Assembly: GCA_943358395.1 (NCBI GenBank)
Contig: CALRGY010000001.1
Location: 8,008 to 72,007 of the forward strand
Direction: 5' to 3'
Length of the DNA stretch: 64,000 nt
Origin: Candidatus Uhrbacteria bacterium
GTDB lineage: Bacteria > Patescibacteriota > Patescibacteriia > UBA9934
The notes below the pieces were generated by a model. It had not been told where the DNA came from. It did no database searches and worked only from the letters and a program-made list of their open reading frames with translations. The number at the start of each line of letters is the position of its first letter. Positions within the stretch are counted from its first letter, which is position 1. Shown piece after piece: positions 30,222 to 40,761 of this stretch. Position numbers and translations under genes: made by a program.

Positions 30222-30240
30222 TATATAACCTATCTTATCG

Positions 30241-30364
30241 AGGACTTTCTCATTTTAGGCTAGTTTCGATGAAGATCGAGGAAAATTCGTGAGACGTACT
30301 TCATGGTACGTTGAACGATTTTCCGATGATCTGAGTCGAAAATAGACAAAATGAGGAAGGACTA
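30241..30364. repeat. 125-bp palindromic dispersed element, copy 4
   Basis: aggactttctcatttt...cgtgagacgtacttcatggtacgttgaacg...aaaatgaggaaggacta. Confidence 0.85.
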
Positions 30365-31163
30365 CATTTCTATGATCGTTTTTGCTGGAATTGTGCCATG
30401 CTCACCGCTACTTCTTCCATCGGTAAACCCCGAACGAGTTGGGCTACTTGAAAAAACGCGCAACGCCATGCGTGAACTGTCTGAAGAGCTTTTCGCTGCG
30501 CATCCCGACACCATCGTGCTCTTTTGTGAACACACGCAATCCCCTGCAGACGCATTCGCCATGAATGTTGCAGACCCATATACCGCAAGCCTCGCAGCGT
30601 TTGGAGACTTAGGCTACACGCAAACATATCACCCGGATTTCATGCTTGCAGACAAAGCTCAACGCGATCTGCGTGGCGGCGGCGTTCCTATCACAATGAT
30701 CACAGAAGACGCACTTCCCTTTGGGGCAACCGTTCCCCTGGAATTCCTTCGCGAGCATCTTCCTTCGGCTCGCATTGTACCGATCGCGCCATGTGGATTA
30801 TCCGCGAAAGAACATTTCGACTTTGGCGCAGCGTTGAACAACACGTTAGTAGAAAGCCCGAAACGCATCGCCATTATTGCAGCAGGAGATTGCTCTCACA
30901 CCCGCTCAACCGAGGCTCCCGACGGGCTCCATGCAGAAGGAAAACAATCGGACGATCTGCTCGAAACACTCATTGCCCAAAAAAATACCGCAGGGCTTTT
31001 GCAGTTCGACGCCACACTTTTGCATGAAGGAAAAGACGGAGCATACCGTCAAATCGTTATGCTCTTCGGCGCATTGGATGGATCACCCGTCGAAGCACGC
31101 ATCCTTTCTCACGAAGCGCCACTCGGAATCGGTCAGATCGTTGCCGAGCTCATTCTCCGATAA
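30351..31163 (+). CDS. MEMO1 / AmmeMemoRadiSam-B-like (class III extradiol dioxygenase fold) protein
   Basis: About 265 aa with conserved His, Asp and Cys positions (…CEHTQSP…, …AAGDCSHTRS…); the true start is probably ATG 30372 (MIVFAGIV) because the first codons lie in the repeat. Confidence 0.4.
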   Translation: MRKDYISMIVFAGIVPCSPLLLPSVNPERVGLLEKTRNAMRELSEELFAAHPDTIVLFCEHTQSPADAFAMNVADPYTASLAAFGDLGYTQTYHPDFMLADKAQRDLRGGGVPITMITEDALPFGATVPLEFLREHLPSARIVPIAPCGLSAKEHFDFGAALNNTLVESPKRIAIIAAGDCSHTRSTEAPDGLHAEGKQSDDLLETLIAQKNTAGLLQFDATLLHEGKDGAYRQIVMLFGALDGSPVEARILSHEAPLGIGQIVAELILR

Positions 31164-31169
31164 TCCACT

Positions 31170-32918
31170 GTGTTCGCTCACGTCTATCCCCTCATAAAGC
31201 TCCCCCGCCGTTTTGGGGTATTCGATTATCGCATCCCAGAACATCTTGTCGTGCAGGTTGGCGACGTCATTCAGATTCCTTTTCGCCATCGGACGATTCT
31301 GGGCGTTGTGAAATCGATCACTGCATCATCGAACGAGCCACGAATTCTCGAGATCGCATCAGGTTCGATCGGCTTCAGCATGCCAGACATCGATCTCAAG
31401 CGCATAGAGTCCATCGCATCAGGGCTCGGGCAATCCGTCTCATCGATTCTTGCCGTTGCCTACGAAGGCCTCAGCCCCTTCCCCGCATCGGCAGAATCTT
31501 TGCATCGGCAGACCAATACCGCAACGTCATCACCAAGGATCGATAAAGAAACAATCACCACAGTGCACCATCTCCTCGAACGGCTCAAAATCGATCGCAT
31601 GATGAATGTGATGTGTGACGACGAGACATTCTGCGTGCTTGCACATGCACTGTGTAAAACAATCACCGATCAGATCCTCATTATTGTTCCCAGGGAACGT
31701 GATGCGCGAATCATTGCAAACATCCTCACCTCATTCTCCCCAATGATTCTGACGGGGAAAGTACCCCCCCGCGATCGAAATCGCATCATCCGATCCTGGA
31801 GCAAAGGCTCAATTCGATTCCTCATCAGCACACGGCAAGGAGCATTGATCACGCCCCAATCCCTGGGCGCCGTTCTCGTCTACCAATCCGGGTGCAGCGA
31901 TCATCACAGCCCTCTTCGCAACCCTCACATTCATGCCGTACGCGCCGCAGAAGCATTAGCAACATCAGCAGAATCAATCTGTATTCTTGCGGATGCTCTT
32001 CCGCCACCACACGCATCACTGCCACTGTGCGCTCATCACGATGGGGCAAACGTGCAGATCATCGACGTCATGCACAAAGGCGAACGCTCGCCATATCCCC
32101 TCATCAGTACTACGCTCCTTACCGCAATCGAAACCGCCCTCTCCGATCATCGGAAAGTGCTTCTCTCGTTTAATCGTAAGGGCGTGGCAAAGCGCATAGA
32201 ATGCAAAGCGTGTGGCCACGTTCCCTTTTGCGGAACGTGTGGCAGCTTACCAGTGGTACGCATCGATGATTTGCTCTGTGCAGCATGCGGAACGGAAATG
32301 TGGAAGCCAACAACGTGCCCAGCATGTGGCTCTCCAAAAATCGGATTAAAGTCCATTGGCGGCGCCAAAATCGCTGATGATCTCAAGAAAGCATTTCCTT
32401 ATGCAATCATCGGACATATTGAAAAAGGACGTATCGACCGCACTGCCGACATTCTCCTAGCAACAGAATATTTCTTTTCCAGCGTCATCGAACCTTTTGC
32501 TCCATGGGGGTTTGGCGTGGTAGCAGAAATTCTTGGCGACCTTGCATTTACCCCGGGCGACTATCGCGGCGCCGAAAACGCCGCCCGCCAGATTGCCCGC
32601 CTGCGCAACTATGCCAAACACGAAGGCGCGGAATGCATTATTCAAACGCTCACTCGTGACCGCATGCAATCACTCCTTGGCGCCGAATACGTCAACGCCA
32701 CAGAGCTCAACACACGAAAAACGTATTCCCTCCCACCATTTGGCGTCATCATCGAATTTGAAGGGGGCACAAAAGCGGATTTCCCCCAAGAAATCGCATC
32801 ACAAATCATAGAAAAGGACGGTCTTTTCATCGCAAAAATTGATCATCTTCTCTTTACGCATTGGCAAACCCTCTTCCCGATCATCCCGGATTCGATTAAA
32901 ATACGGATATACGAATAA
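31170..32918 (+). CDS. priA: PriA-like primosomal protein lacking recognisable helicase motifs
   Basis: PriA N-terminal 3'-DNA-binding domain (FDYRIP...VGDVIQIPFRHRTILGVV) and the Zn-ribbon CxxC...CxxC...CxxC...CxxC; no Walker A (GxGKT) or DExH motif; 582 aa. Confidence 0.55.
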   Translation: MFAHVYPLIKLPRRFGVFDYRIPEHLVVQVGDVIQIPFRHRTILGVVKSITASSNEPRILEIASGSIGFSMPDIDLKRIESIASGLGQSVSSILAVAYEGLSPFPASAESLHRQTNTATSSPRIDKETITTVHHLLERLKIDRMMNVMCDDETFCVLAHALCKTITDQILIIVPRERDARIIANILTSFSPMILTGKVPPRDRNRIIRSWSKGSIRFLISTRQGALITPQSLGAVLVYQSGCSDHHSPLRNPHIHAVRAAEALATSAESICILADALPPPHASLPLCAHHDGANVQIIDVMHKGERSPYPLISTTLLTAIETALSDHRKVLLSFNRKGVAKRIECKACGHVPFCGTCGSLPVVRIDDLLCAACGTEMWKPTTCPACGSPKIGLKSIGGAKIADDLKKAFPYAIIGHIEKGRIDRTADILLATEYFFSSVIEPFAPWGFGVVAEILGDLAFTPGDYRGAENAARQIARLRNYAKHEGAECIIQTLTRDRMQSLLGAEYVNATELNTRKTYSLPPFGVIIEFEGGTKADFPQEIASQIIEKDGLFIAKIDHLLFTHWQTLFPIIPDSIKIRIYE

Positions 32919-33085
32919 ATCGAGTTCATAAAGCATTGTTGGACTTGGCGACTCGGGTGCATGTTTTTCCGCTGTGCTCAAGGACGCCACGCTGCGACGT
33001 CTCGCTATCGCTCGACTGCAGCTGGGCATCCGGTGAGCTCGCTGCAAAACATGCACCCTCGTCCCCTAACGTCCAACACAGATAT

Positions 33086-33556
33086 ATGCCAAGACCCGTT
33101 CTCCATAACCCAGATCCAAAGCTTCGTATCAAAAGCGAACCGGTTTCGGCTGAACGCATCAATACGCCGGAAATGACGTTGCTCATTCAAGAGCTCAAAG
33201 AAACGATGGTAAAAGAAAACGGGGTAGGAATTGCTGCGCCGCAAATTGGAGTACACGATCGAGTCATCATCGCCGAAATCGATGACGTTGCTACGGCATT
33301 CATCAATCCCGTTATTACGGAGCGATCGTTCCGAAAGATTGATAGTGAGGAGGGTTGCTTATCTGTGCCAGGAACCTGGGGCGTCGTAGAACGCTGCCGT
33401 TCGGTTACCGTAACGGCACTCAATGAATCTGGCGAGCCGGTGACAATTAAAGCTCAAGGATTTGATGCGACGATTTTTCAGCATGAAATTGATCACTTGG
33501 ACGGTATTCTTTTCATCGACCGTGCAGAAGATATTCAAAAAGCATCGCGCCTCTAA
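33086..33556 (+). CDS. def: peptide deformylase
   Basis: GIAAPQIG, EGCLSVPG and HEIDHLDG motifs; start at MPRPVLHNPDPKLR. Confidence 0.9.
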   Translation: MPRPVLHNPDPKLRIKSEPVSAERINTPEMTLLIQELKETMVKENGVGIAAPQIGVHDRVIIAEIDDVATAFINPVITERSFRKIDSEEGCLSVPGTWGVVERCRSVTVTALNESGEPVTIKAQGFDATIFQHEIDHLDGILFIDRAEDIQKASRL

Positions 33557-33559
33557 ACT

Positions 33560-34483
33560 ATGCGCGTTCTTTTTTTTGGTACTCCAACCCTTGCCTGCGC
33601 CATTCTTGAAGCCCTCATCGCCGATCATGACATCGACGTCGTTGGCGTGGTGTGCCAGCCCGATGAGCCCGTTGGACGAAAAGCGATTCTTACCGCTCCA
33701 CCCACAAAGCACGTTGCGATGACTCATGGAATTCCCGTGTTCCAACCAATAAAACTGAAAGACGAATCTTTTCTTGCCGCCATCGACTCCCTTCACGCTG
33801 ATGTCGCTGTCGTACTGGCATACGGCAGAATTCTGCCGTCGGCACTCCTTAATCGTATCCCTCACGGCTTCGTGAATGTTCACCCATCATTACTACCCAA
33901 ATATCGTGGTCCCTCTCCAATTCAATCGGCGATTCTTGCTGGGGATTCCGTCACTGGAGTTTCGATTATGGTACTCGACACCGGAATGGACACCGGCGCA
34001 CTCCTTACACAATCAGTGATCGACATCGCTTCAGACGAGACATCAGAAACACTCACAGAAAAAGTGATCGATGTAAGCGCTCCCCTCCTGATCACAACGC
34101 TCAAAGGATTCTTCGCAGGATCGATCACGCCGATTCCCCAAAGCACCGAAGGCGTTTCGGTCTGCAACATGCTTTCTCGCGAGGATGGGAAAATATCGTG
34201 GAATGAATCTGTGCACGTCATTGATCGAAAGATTCGTGCATTGAATCCTTGGCCGGGTACGTCAACAACGTGGATTATCGGAGAGAAAGAAATCGGAGTG
34301 AAGATTCTGAAGGTGGCATTGATGGAGGGATCGAGGGGGGCTCACATCGGAATCCCTCGATTCGAATCTGGGGTACTACTCATCGACGCTGCCGATGGGA
34401 CACTGGAGATTCTGGAGCTTCAACCCGCTGGAGGAAACCGAATGAACGGAAGCAGTTTTGCGCGCGGGTATTTGAAATCGTAA
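33560..34483 (+). CDS. fmt: methionyl-tRNA formyltransferase
   Basis: Formyltransferase N-terminal domain (HPSLLPKYRGPSPIQ) and the C-terminal tRNA-binding domain. Confidence 0.88.
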   Translation: MRVLFFGTPTLACAILEALIADHDIDVVGVVCQPDEPVGRKAILTAPPTKHVAMTHGIPVFQPIKLKDESFLAAIDSLHADVAVVLAYGRILPSALLNRIPHGFVNVHPSLLPKYRGPSPIQSAILAGDSVTGVSIMVLDTGMDTGALLTQSVIDIASDETSETLTEKVIDVSAPLLITTLKGFFAGSITPIPQSTEGVSVCNMLSREDGKISWNESVHVIDRKIRALNPWPGTSTTWIIGEKEIGVKILKVALMEGSRGAHIGIPRFESGVLLIDAADGTLEILELQPAGGNRMNGSSFARGYLKS

Positions 34484-36013
34484 AATATTCTCCGATGCCA
34501 CTGCAGTCAACGGTTCCTGCTTCCATGGGAAAAACGGAAGCACAAACACCATGAACCCTAATCCGATCGGGTGATTCAAATACGGGGAAAACACGTGCGC
34601 CACAAAAAGCGCAAGAACACCACAGGCTAAACCAATCGAAAGCCAGCGCGTTTCTTCTTGTGCAATAATAGATCGGCGCCCAGCACGGAAGATGGTGAAG
34701 AAATAAAAGCCAAAGGCAAGAAGACCGGGAATCCCCATCTTGAGCCAAATGTCTTGATAGCCCCATTCAAATCGATACGTGGTGTATTCGCCGGTGCCAT
34801 TCATTGCCCGAATACGAGGGTCGTCCGAAATATACGTCACCGGTGTGCCAAACCCGCTTCCCCATAACGGATTTTCGCCAATCTTTTCCATCATTGGTGG
34901 AAGCAAATTCCATCGGCTCGATACCGCAAGCTCCCGCGTATCGTCATTCTTTCCTTTATAATATTGGCTACCCGTGAGATCTGGTCGTGAAGGAATTGGA
35001 AAAACAACGAGCGCCCATACTCCAAGAAGGGCAATGCCCAATGCAACAATTCCTGTTACCTTTAAACGAATAATTTCTTTCACCGATGTTCTTTGCCAAA
35101 GCGTTACTATCGCCATCACTCCTCCTGCCGCAATCAATCCCAACCAAAAGCTTCTTGACTGCCCAGACACATCAACCGCAAGCATCAACGCCAAGGGCAA
35201 GAGCAACGACGCACGCTCTTTCCACGTCTTTGCAACAAAAATCATGGCAGCCATTATCACCAGCGTAAAAATCATCACCGTAAACTGCCCCTGTTCAAAC
35301 ACACGGAAATACCATGGACCATTCGGGAAAAGATTCATCAGCCATTCCGGATTCGAAAGAATAGTCACCTCCGCTAATCGGGCATCGCGCACAAAGCCAT
35401 ACAATGCCCAAATGCCTTCCACGGGAAGATGCGTAAAAAGAAATACAAGGAAAAGAGAGGAACCAGCAACCCACGTTGCCCCAAGAGCAAGCGTCCAGAT
35501 CAGGACACGTTTCGCTTCTTGCGTCCATACAATCATGGCAACAGGAAGAAGATACGCCAACGTTGCATACCCGTTCATGTCGTCAAACGCCGCACTCATG
35601 CTGTTTCGCGCAAAGCCAGTAATTGTTCCTAATGCAATCGCGATCAAAAGCACAACAAACGGAAGATCACGTTCCTGAAGAAACCGGGGGCGCACATGGT
35701 GAACAACGATGTGATACACCGTGCCCAGCATCACTGCTACAAAAATTCCCTGCCGAATACCTAAAGCAAACCCACCAAGCGATACATCAATACAATGACC
35801 ATGGCCGCCAATGAATATCTCAAGCATCGCAAATGCCAATCCCCACACCAACGATCGCCGTGTCACGATGAATGCAGCAAGAACGATCGCGAAAAATGGA
35901 ATTGCGCTCCAGACGGTATGTTGCGTAAGCCATGCAACAATGTGAAGGGAAAGAATCCCCCCAAGACCATACAGCGTATTGCGATCAAAGAATTGTTTGA
36001 GGACTGGAATCAT
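34376..36013 (-). CDS. large polytopic membrane protein (O-antigen ligase/polymerase-like?)
   Basis: 545 aa with at least 10 TM helices and one large extracytoplasmic loop; adjacent to glycosyltransferases; the stop overlaps the fmt 3' end by 107 bp. Confidence 0.3.
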   Translation of the reverse strand: MIPVLKQFFDRNTLYGLGGILSLHIVAWLTQHTVWSAIPFFAIVLAAFIVTRRSLVWGLAFAMLEIFIGGHGHCIDVSLGGFALGIRQGIFVAVMLGTVYHIVVHHVRPRFLQERDLPFVVLLIAIALGTITGFARNSMSAAFDDMNGYATLAYLLPVAMIVWTQEAKRVLIWTLALGATWVAGSSLFLVFLFTHLPVEGIWALYGFVRDARLAEVTILSNPEWLMNLFPNGPWYFRVFEQGQFTVMIFTLVIMAAMIFVAKTWKERASLLLPLALMLAVDVSGQSRSFWLGLIAAGGVMAIVTLWQRTSVKEIIRLKVTGIVALGIALLGVWALVVFPIPSRPDLTGSQYYKGKNDDTRELAVSSRWNLLPPMMEKIGENPLWGSGFGTPVTYISDDPRIRAMNGTGEYTTYRFEWGYQDIWLKMGIPGLLAFGFYFFTIFRAGRRSIIAQEETRWLSIGLACGVLALFVAHVFSPYLNHPIGLGFMVFVLPFFPWKQEPLTAVASENILRFQIPARKTASVHSVSSSGLKLQNLQCPIGSVDE

Positions 36014-36016
36014 ATT

Positions 36017-37735
36017 TTATAATCGATGTTTCTTCATAATCACTTCCCGTGCCGCTTCATATTTTGCTACACGCTTGGGCTTCCATCCCACATATTTCCA
36101 GGGCAAGCGATACACGAACGACGGCAGCCACGATGACCCAATTCGTGATTCCCCATCGATCAGCACACGGCACCACACGCCGGGAACCAATACACCGATG
36201 TGCTGCTGCTCAAGCATAGTGAGCCACACATCCCAATCTTGAAAACGTTTCATGTGAGGGTCGAAACCAGGGAAATCCTTTCGACGAACCAGAGATGTGG
36301 TGTGCACAAAATTCATCTGTCGTAATCGGTCAGCATGAAATGCAACACCACGAAATACTTTCCACCCAAATCGGAATCCTCCATAGGCATAGCTTGCCCG
36401 TGAATTACTGTTCAATTGCTGAACGAATCGTTCAATCATGCTTGGCTTCATCACCACATCTGCATCGCAAAACATCACAAACTCCCCTGTTGCCTCGGCA
36501 AGCCCTCGATTCCGTGCCGCATTCGCTCCAGCATTTTCTTGATGAATGGCTCGAATCTTCCCCGCAAATTCCTTCAACACTATCGCAGTATCATCAGTCG
36601 ACCCATCATCAACCACAATGATTTCGATTGGTGCGTATGTTTGATGCAGAATCGATGTGATGCATCGTCGAATCGTTTTCGCGTGCTGATACGTTGGGAT
36701 CACAATGGAAACACGTGATGATCCACGGAAAGCGCGCTCAGTGAATCCGGTCATTGTTTTCTCCCTCGTGAATTCCCTCATTACTCGTTCACGACCGTTT
36801 TTTCCCAATCGGTTGCGCAATGATGCATCGGTAGCGAGTGCAGTGATCGCATGCACAAGATCATGAAGCGTATCCTCGATAAGCAATCCTGTTTCTTCAT
36901 GAATCACCGCCTCATCAACTCCCGGTTGATTCGTTGCAATCACCGGAAGTCCAAACAACGCAGCCTCAATGGCAACAATCCCGAAACCCTCACGATCGGT
37001 ATCCAGTTTTGTTGACGGCATTAAAAAGATATCGTGTGTTGTATACATTTCTGGAAGCTTTCCATCAGAAACATGTTGAAGAACGGTAACCCGAGATTCG
37101 AGATCGAGCGCCGTGATCGCATCGAGAATCTCCTTCTTCATCGGTCCATCACCCACAATCGTGTACGTAGAATTCGGAATCTGCTTCATCGCCTCTACAA
37201 CTTTCATGTGCCCCTTCCGAGGAACAAGCCTGCCAACCGTCAACAATCGAATCACGTCCGGATTCGGAGCACGAACAAGAACATCAGCAGCCTCCACAAA
37301 CTCATCGGTCACACACGGGTACATGACGTTGCACGATCGATGAGAAAAAGTAGACACTTCATTAGCTAATGATCGTGAATTTGCAAAAACACGCCGCGCA
37401 AAGAAAAGAACGATTCTCATCGCGAAGCGTTTACGAGGCACCGATCGTGCTGCATCAAAATCTAATCCATGCAGGATCACATCGTACGGCTTCCCTGTCA
37501 TGCATCGAAACATACATGCCGCGGTACCAACCGGAAGCACATGGCTCGTCAACACCACATCATACTCTTTTCGACGAGACCAAAACTCTCTCATCATCTC
37601 CCGATATGACGGAAACGATTTCCAAAGCAACGGCTGAATCGATTCCGGGAATGTGGAAACAAGCGCAGAAAGATACCGCGCAACCCCTCCTCGCTTTGGC
37701 GGATAATCAGGTGTTGGAAGAAGGAATCGCTCCAT
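36017..37735 (-). CDS. bifunctional glycosyltransferase (N-terminal GT4/group-1 + C-terminal GT2)
   Basis: GT4 block TVGRLVPRKGH...EGFGIVAIEA and GT2 block SIVIPTYQHAKTI...VVDDGSTDDT...DADV. Confidence 0.75.
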   Translation of the reverse strand: MERFLLPTPDYPPKRGGVARYLSALVSTFPESIQPLLWKSFPSYREMMREFWSRRKEYDVVLTSHVLPVGTAACMFRCMTGKPYDVILHGLDFDAARSVPRKRFAMRIVLFFARRVFANSRSLANEVSTFSHRSCNVMYPCVTDEFVEAADVLVRAPNPDVIRLLTVGRLVPRKGHMKVVEAMKQIPNSTYTIVGDGPMKKEILDAITALDLESRVTVLQHVSDGKLPEMYTTHDIFLMPSTKLDTDREGFGIVAIEAALFGLPVIATNQPGVDEAVIHEETGLLIEDTLHDLVHAITALATDASLRNRLGKNGRERVMREFTREKTMTGFTERAFRGSSRVSIVIPTYQHAKTIRRCITSILHQTYAPIEIIVVDDGSTDDTAIVLKEFAGKIRAIHQENAGANAARNRGLAEATGEFVMFCDADVVMKPSMIERFVQQLNSNSRASYAYGGFRFGWKVFRGVAFHADRLRQMNFVHTTSLVRRKDFPGFDPHMKRFQDWDVWLTMLEQQHIGVLVPGVWCRVLIDGESRIGSSWLPSFVYRLPWKYVGWKPKRVAKYEAAREVIMKKHRL

Positions 37736-39164
37736 ACGTTTTTCGTTGCATCAATGCTTTTGCCTGAACCCAGTGGCTTTTTGTAAGCGATCGCGTCCCA
37801 ATCGACGTTCCAATAAAGATCATCGCCCCAATGGGAATCGTTATCATCCACGGCATCATCTGCTTCAACACAAGAACCACAATCATCATAGTAAAACCAG
37901 CACAAATAAATCCGCCAACTGCTCGCATCCACTCGTTCACCGTCACGTGGATGGTAGAACGCAATGCCCATACGCCCATACCGAACATCGCCACAAAACT
38001 TATTATCGCCGAAACACTTGCTCCAGGAATGCTCATCCACGGAATAAGCACCATATTTGCAGCAACATTGATGATCATCGTCATGCCCATGATTTTTGTT
38101 TTCGTCATTTGACGACCTGTTGCATTGAGCAATGCACCGATCGGGAAATCACAAAAAATTGGGAGCAATACAAAAATGAGAAGCATTAAGGAAAGAATCG
38201 AAGCGCCATAGTCGTTTCCATACACCGTCTGCACAATTTCTGGCGCAAGGGCAGCAATACCGAACACGATGGGCGAAGCTAAGAGTGCAAGATACCATTG
38301 TGCATGAAGGAAAACGCTCTTGAGCTCATCGGGATTTTTCGCAAGAAGAGACATCCGCGGATACAGCGCACCAATAAAGGCGAGTGGCAAGAATTGAAAC
38401 GCGTATGTCAGCTTATACGCAACGCTATACAAGCCAACCGCAGCATCACCGATTACTGTCTTCAATGTAAACGAATCAACGTACGAGTAAATCTTCACAA
38501 AGACCGCAGCAAGGAAAAACGGGAATGCTGCAGCGAGCACTGGTCGAGCATTTTGCATGCTCGGAACCAACGATCGTACGCCAAGGCGACGAACAACCTG
38601 CACGCCCGAGAAAATCGCGTTCCAAATACTTCCAGTCACAAGTGCGAGAATCAGAAGCGCGATCGATTTCATCGGCGAGAAGATGACGATGATCCCGACA
38701 ATGCTCGAGAGCGATTGACCGACAAAGATACCGAACGATTCATATCGCAATTCCTCCATCCCACGCAGCACACCATAGAATGTTAACGACAACGAATCCG
38801 CAATCATGATGGGAATCGCGAGCCAGATAAGAACGATATTCGATGAATCGAATCCGAGCACCGCTGGAAACGCCGCAGCAATGCCGATTGCGAGCAGGAT
38901 CGCGATCCACTTCACACCAAGGGTTTTCTGCAAAATCGATCGTGCTTCAGATCGATTCGCGGCCACGTCACGAATAAGCACCGATGTCACGCCAAGATCA
39001 GCGAACACCGCAACAGATGTAATGACAGCAAGGGTAAGAAAGTACACACCCGTATCTTCCACACCAAGAAATCGCGCCAAAATGGCAAAATATACAAACG
39101 CCACCACCTTCTGGAGAATGCTCGCGCCCGTCAAAAAAACAGTATTTTTCACAAGTGTCGACAT
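37707..39164 (-). CDS. Wzx-like polysaccharide/oligosaccharide flippase (MOP superfamily)
   Basis: 485 aa, about 14 TM helices, with the typical N-terminal LQKVVAFVYFAILARFLG signature. Confidence 0.6.
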   Translation of the reverse strand: MSTLVKNTVFLTGASILQKVVAFVYFAILARFLGVEDTGVYFLTLAVITSVAVFADLGVTSVLIRDVAANRSEARSILQKTLGVKWIAILLAIGIAAAFPAVLGFDSSNIVLIWLAIPIMIADSLSLTFYGVLRGMEELRYESFGIFVGQSLSSIVGIIVIFSPMKSIALLILALVTGSIWNAIFSGVQVVRRLGVRSLVPSMQNARPVLAAAFPFFLAAVFVKIYSYVDSFTLKTVIGDAAVGLYSVAYKLTYAFQFLPLAFIGALYPRMSLLAKNPDELKSVFLHAQWYLALLASPIVFGIAALAPEIVQTVYGNDYGASILSLMLLIFVLLPIFCDFPIGALLNATGRQMTKTKIMGMTMIINVAANMVLIPWMSIPGASVSAIISFVAMFGMGVWALRSTIHVTVNEWMRAVGGFICAGFTMMIVVLVLKQMMPWMITIPIGAMIFIGTSIGTRSLTKSHWVQAKALMQRKTYGAIPSSNT

Positions 39165-39449
39165 GGCACTATATTACGCTCTTTTTTCTACAGATACAAC
39201 GTCTTTCCAACCCAAAAGTATTGATTTCTTGGCTAATATATGCTATTATTTCCGGTTCACTTTCTTCACCGTCGTATGACCAATCTCCAACCAAGCCTCG
39301 ATTATCGTATTGCCGCCGGTATAACCAAAATCCTCGTCGCACTGCTTTTAGCATTGAACATTGCCTCAGTAATCCCTGCCCGATAAGTGCCTGCCTGAAT
39401 CTGCCCTCATCGAATCACGATCCCGAATAAAGGATCGTGATTTTTTATG

Positions 39450-39574
39450 TAGGACTTTCTCATTTTAGGCTAGTTTCGATGAAGATCGAGGAAAATTCGT
39501 GAGACGTACTTCATGGTACGTTGAACGATTTTCTGATGATCTGAGTCGAAAATAGACAAAATGAGAACGTCCTA
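39450..39574. repeat. 125-bp palindromic dispersed element, copy 5
   Basis: Near-identical to copy 4; ends exactly at the stop codon of the DUF218 gene. Confidence 0.85.
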
Positions 39575-40279
39575 TTATTGACGAATCAACCCCGGATGAT
39601 CCGGCATCAATTCAGCGATCATGCCTGACGCTTGGCGATACCATTCAGCAACGGCATCGACGTGGGACATGCCAGAAGATTCAAGCGACCGAAGAAGGGC
39701 AAATTTTCTCTCGAAAAGCTCGTGATGTTTTGCGAGGCGATCGGGGGATTCAAGAGCCCAAAGTGATCCTTGAATCTCAACCTGCTCTTTGCGATCGATA
39801 ATCGCTTCATCCAGATAGCGATTCACTGAAACATCAAAATCAATCGGCTCAACAGTAATTGAACCCGAACCATCAAAAACAGCGGCAGAAACACGTTGAA
39901 TCCGTTGATCCCGCGTTGCTTCACAAAAGATTGTAACCGATTCTCCGTCGTCTTCTCTATCGATGATCTCCTTAGCGAACATAAGATTCTCTAGCGTTGA
40001 AAGCGATCGATCTTCAAGCGTAATCAACCAATCCTTACATCGATTCCCCATCACGGAGCGATCGACGAGCTTCTGCATATACTCACCGATGACTGCTGCC
40101 TCGGTTCCCTCATACGGCGGTGCGCAATTCGTTGGGCCGCCACAAGGGATGATCAACGCCTTTTCACCTTTAGCAGAGGCATAGATGCGATTAAACGCGA
40201 CGTGAAGGTACGTAAGATAGTTCTGATCCCGCTCAATGAATTCTGGAATGCCGTAGCCGGGAATGATGAAAACCTTCAT
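39575..40279 (-). CDS. DUF218 (YdcF/ElyC/SanA-like) protein
   Basis: VFIIPGYG, CGG and TLENL blocks; start at MKVFIIPG, overlapping the upstream stop as ATGA. Confidence 0.6.
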   Translation of the reverse strand: MKVFIIPGYGIPEFIERDQNYLTYLHVAFNRIYASAKGEKALIIPCGGPTNCAPPYEGTEAAVIGEYMQKLVDRSVMGNRCKDWLITLEDRSLSTLENLMFAKEIIDREDDGESVTIFCEATRDQRIQRVSAAVFDGSGSITVEPIDFDVSVNRYLDEAIIDRKEQVEIQGSLWALESPDRLAKHHELFERKFALLRSLESSGMSHVDAVAEWYRQASGMIAELMPDHPGLIRQ

Positions 40280-40761
40280 ACTTTTTTGATTTCGATCGCA
40301 CGCTGACGAATATGTTTTCCAATTATTCCCCAATGAATATACTCATCCCACTCTTCGAGATCGATCAGTGTAATCTTCGTAATAGAGCCAGCGGGATCGC
40401 TTACAAAATCACCTAAAGGCTCAACGATGCAACACGAACGCAATTGGATTATCGATGAACCATCTTCGGAAAAGATTTCTTGATAACCGATTGGAACGCG
40501 CATAACGATCGTCATATTCGATTCCTCTCGAACTTCACGAACCAATGCATCATTTATCAATTCCCCAGACTCTACGGTTCCGCCAGGAAGGCTCCACGCC
40601 TTTCTTCGTTCATCCCAACATATCACGATTTTTTCTCCTACAAAACAAACGCCATAATGCTGACGGATCTTTTCGTACGGCAATCCATCGAATGTATCGC
40701 AGTCGTGATACACGACGTGATATGGGACGTCACTCCACACGACATCTTCCTCCATCTTCAT
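40276..40761 (-). CDS. NUDIX hydrolase
   Basis: Nudix box GGTVESGELINDALVREVREESNM. Confidence 0.8.
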   Translation of the reverse strand: MKMEEDVVWSDVPYHVVYHDCDTFDGLPYEKIRQHYGVCFVGEKIVICWDERRKAWSLPGGTVESGELINDALVREVREESNMTIVMRVPIGYQEIFSEDGSSIIQLRSCCIVEPLGDFVSDPAGSITKITLIDLEEWDEYIHWGIIGKHIRQRAIEIKKV

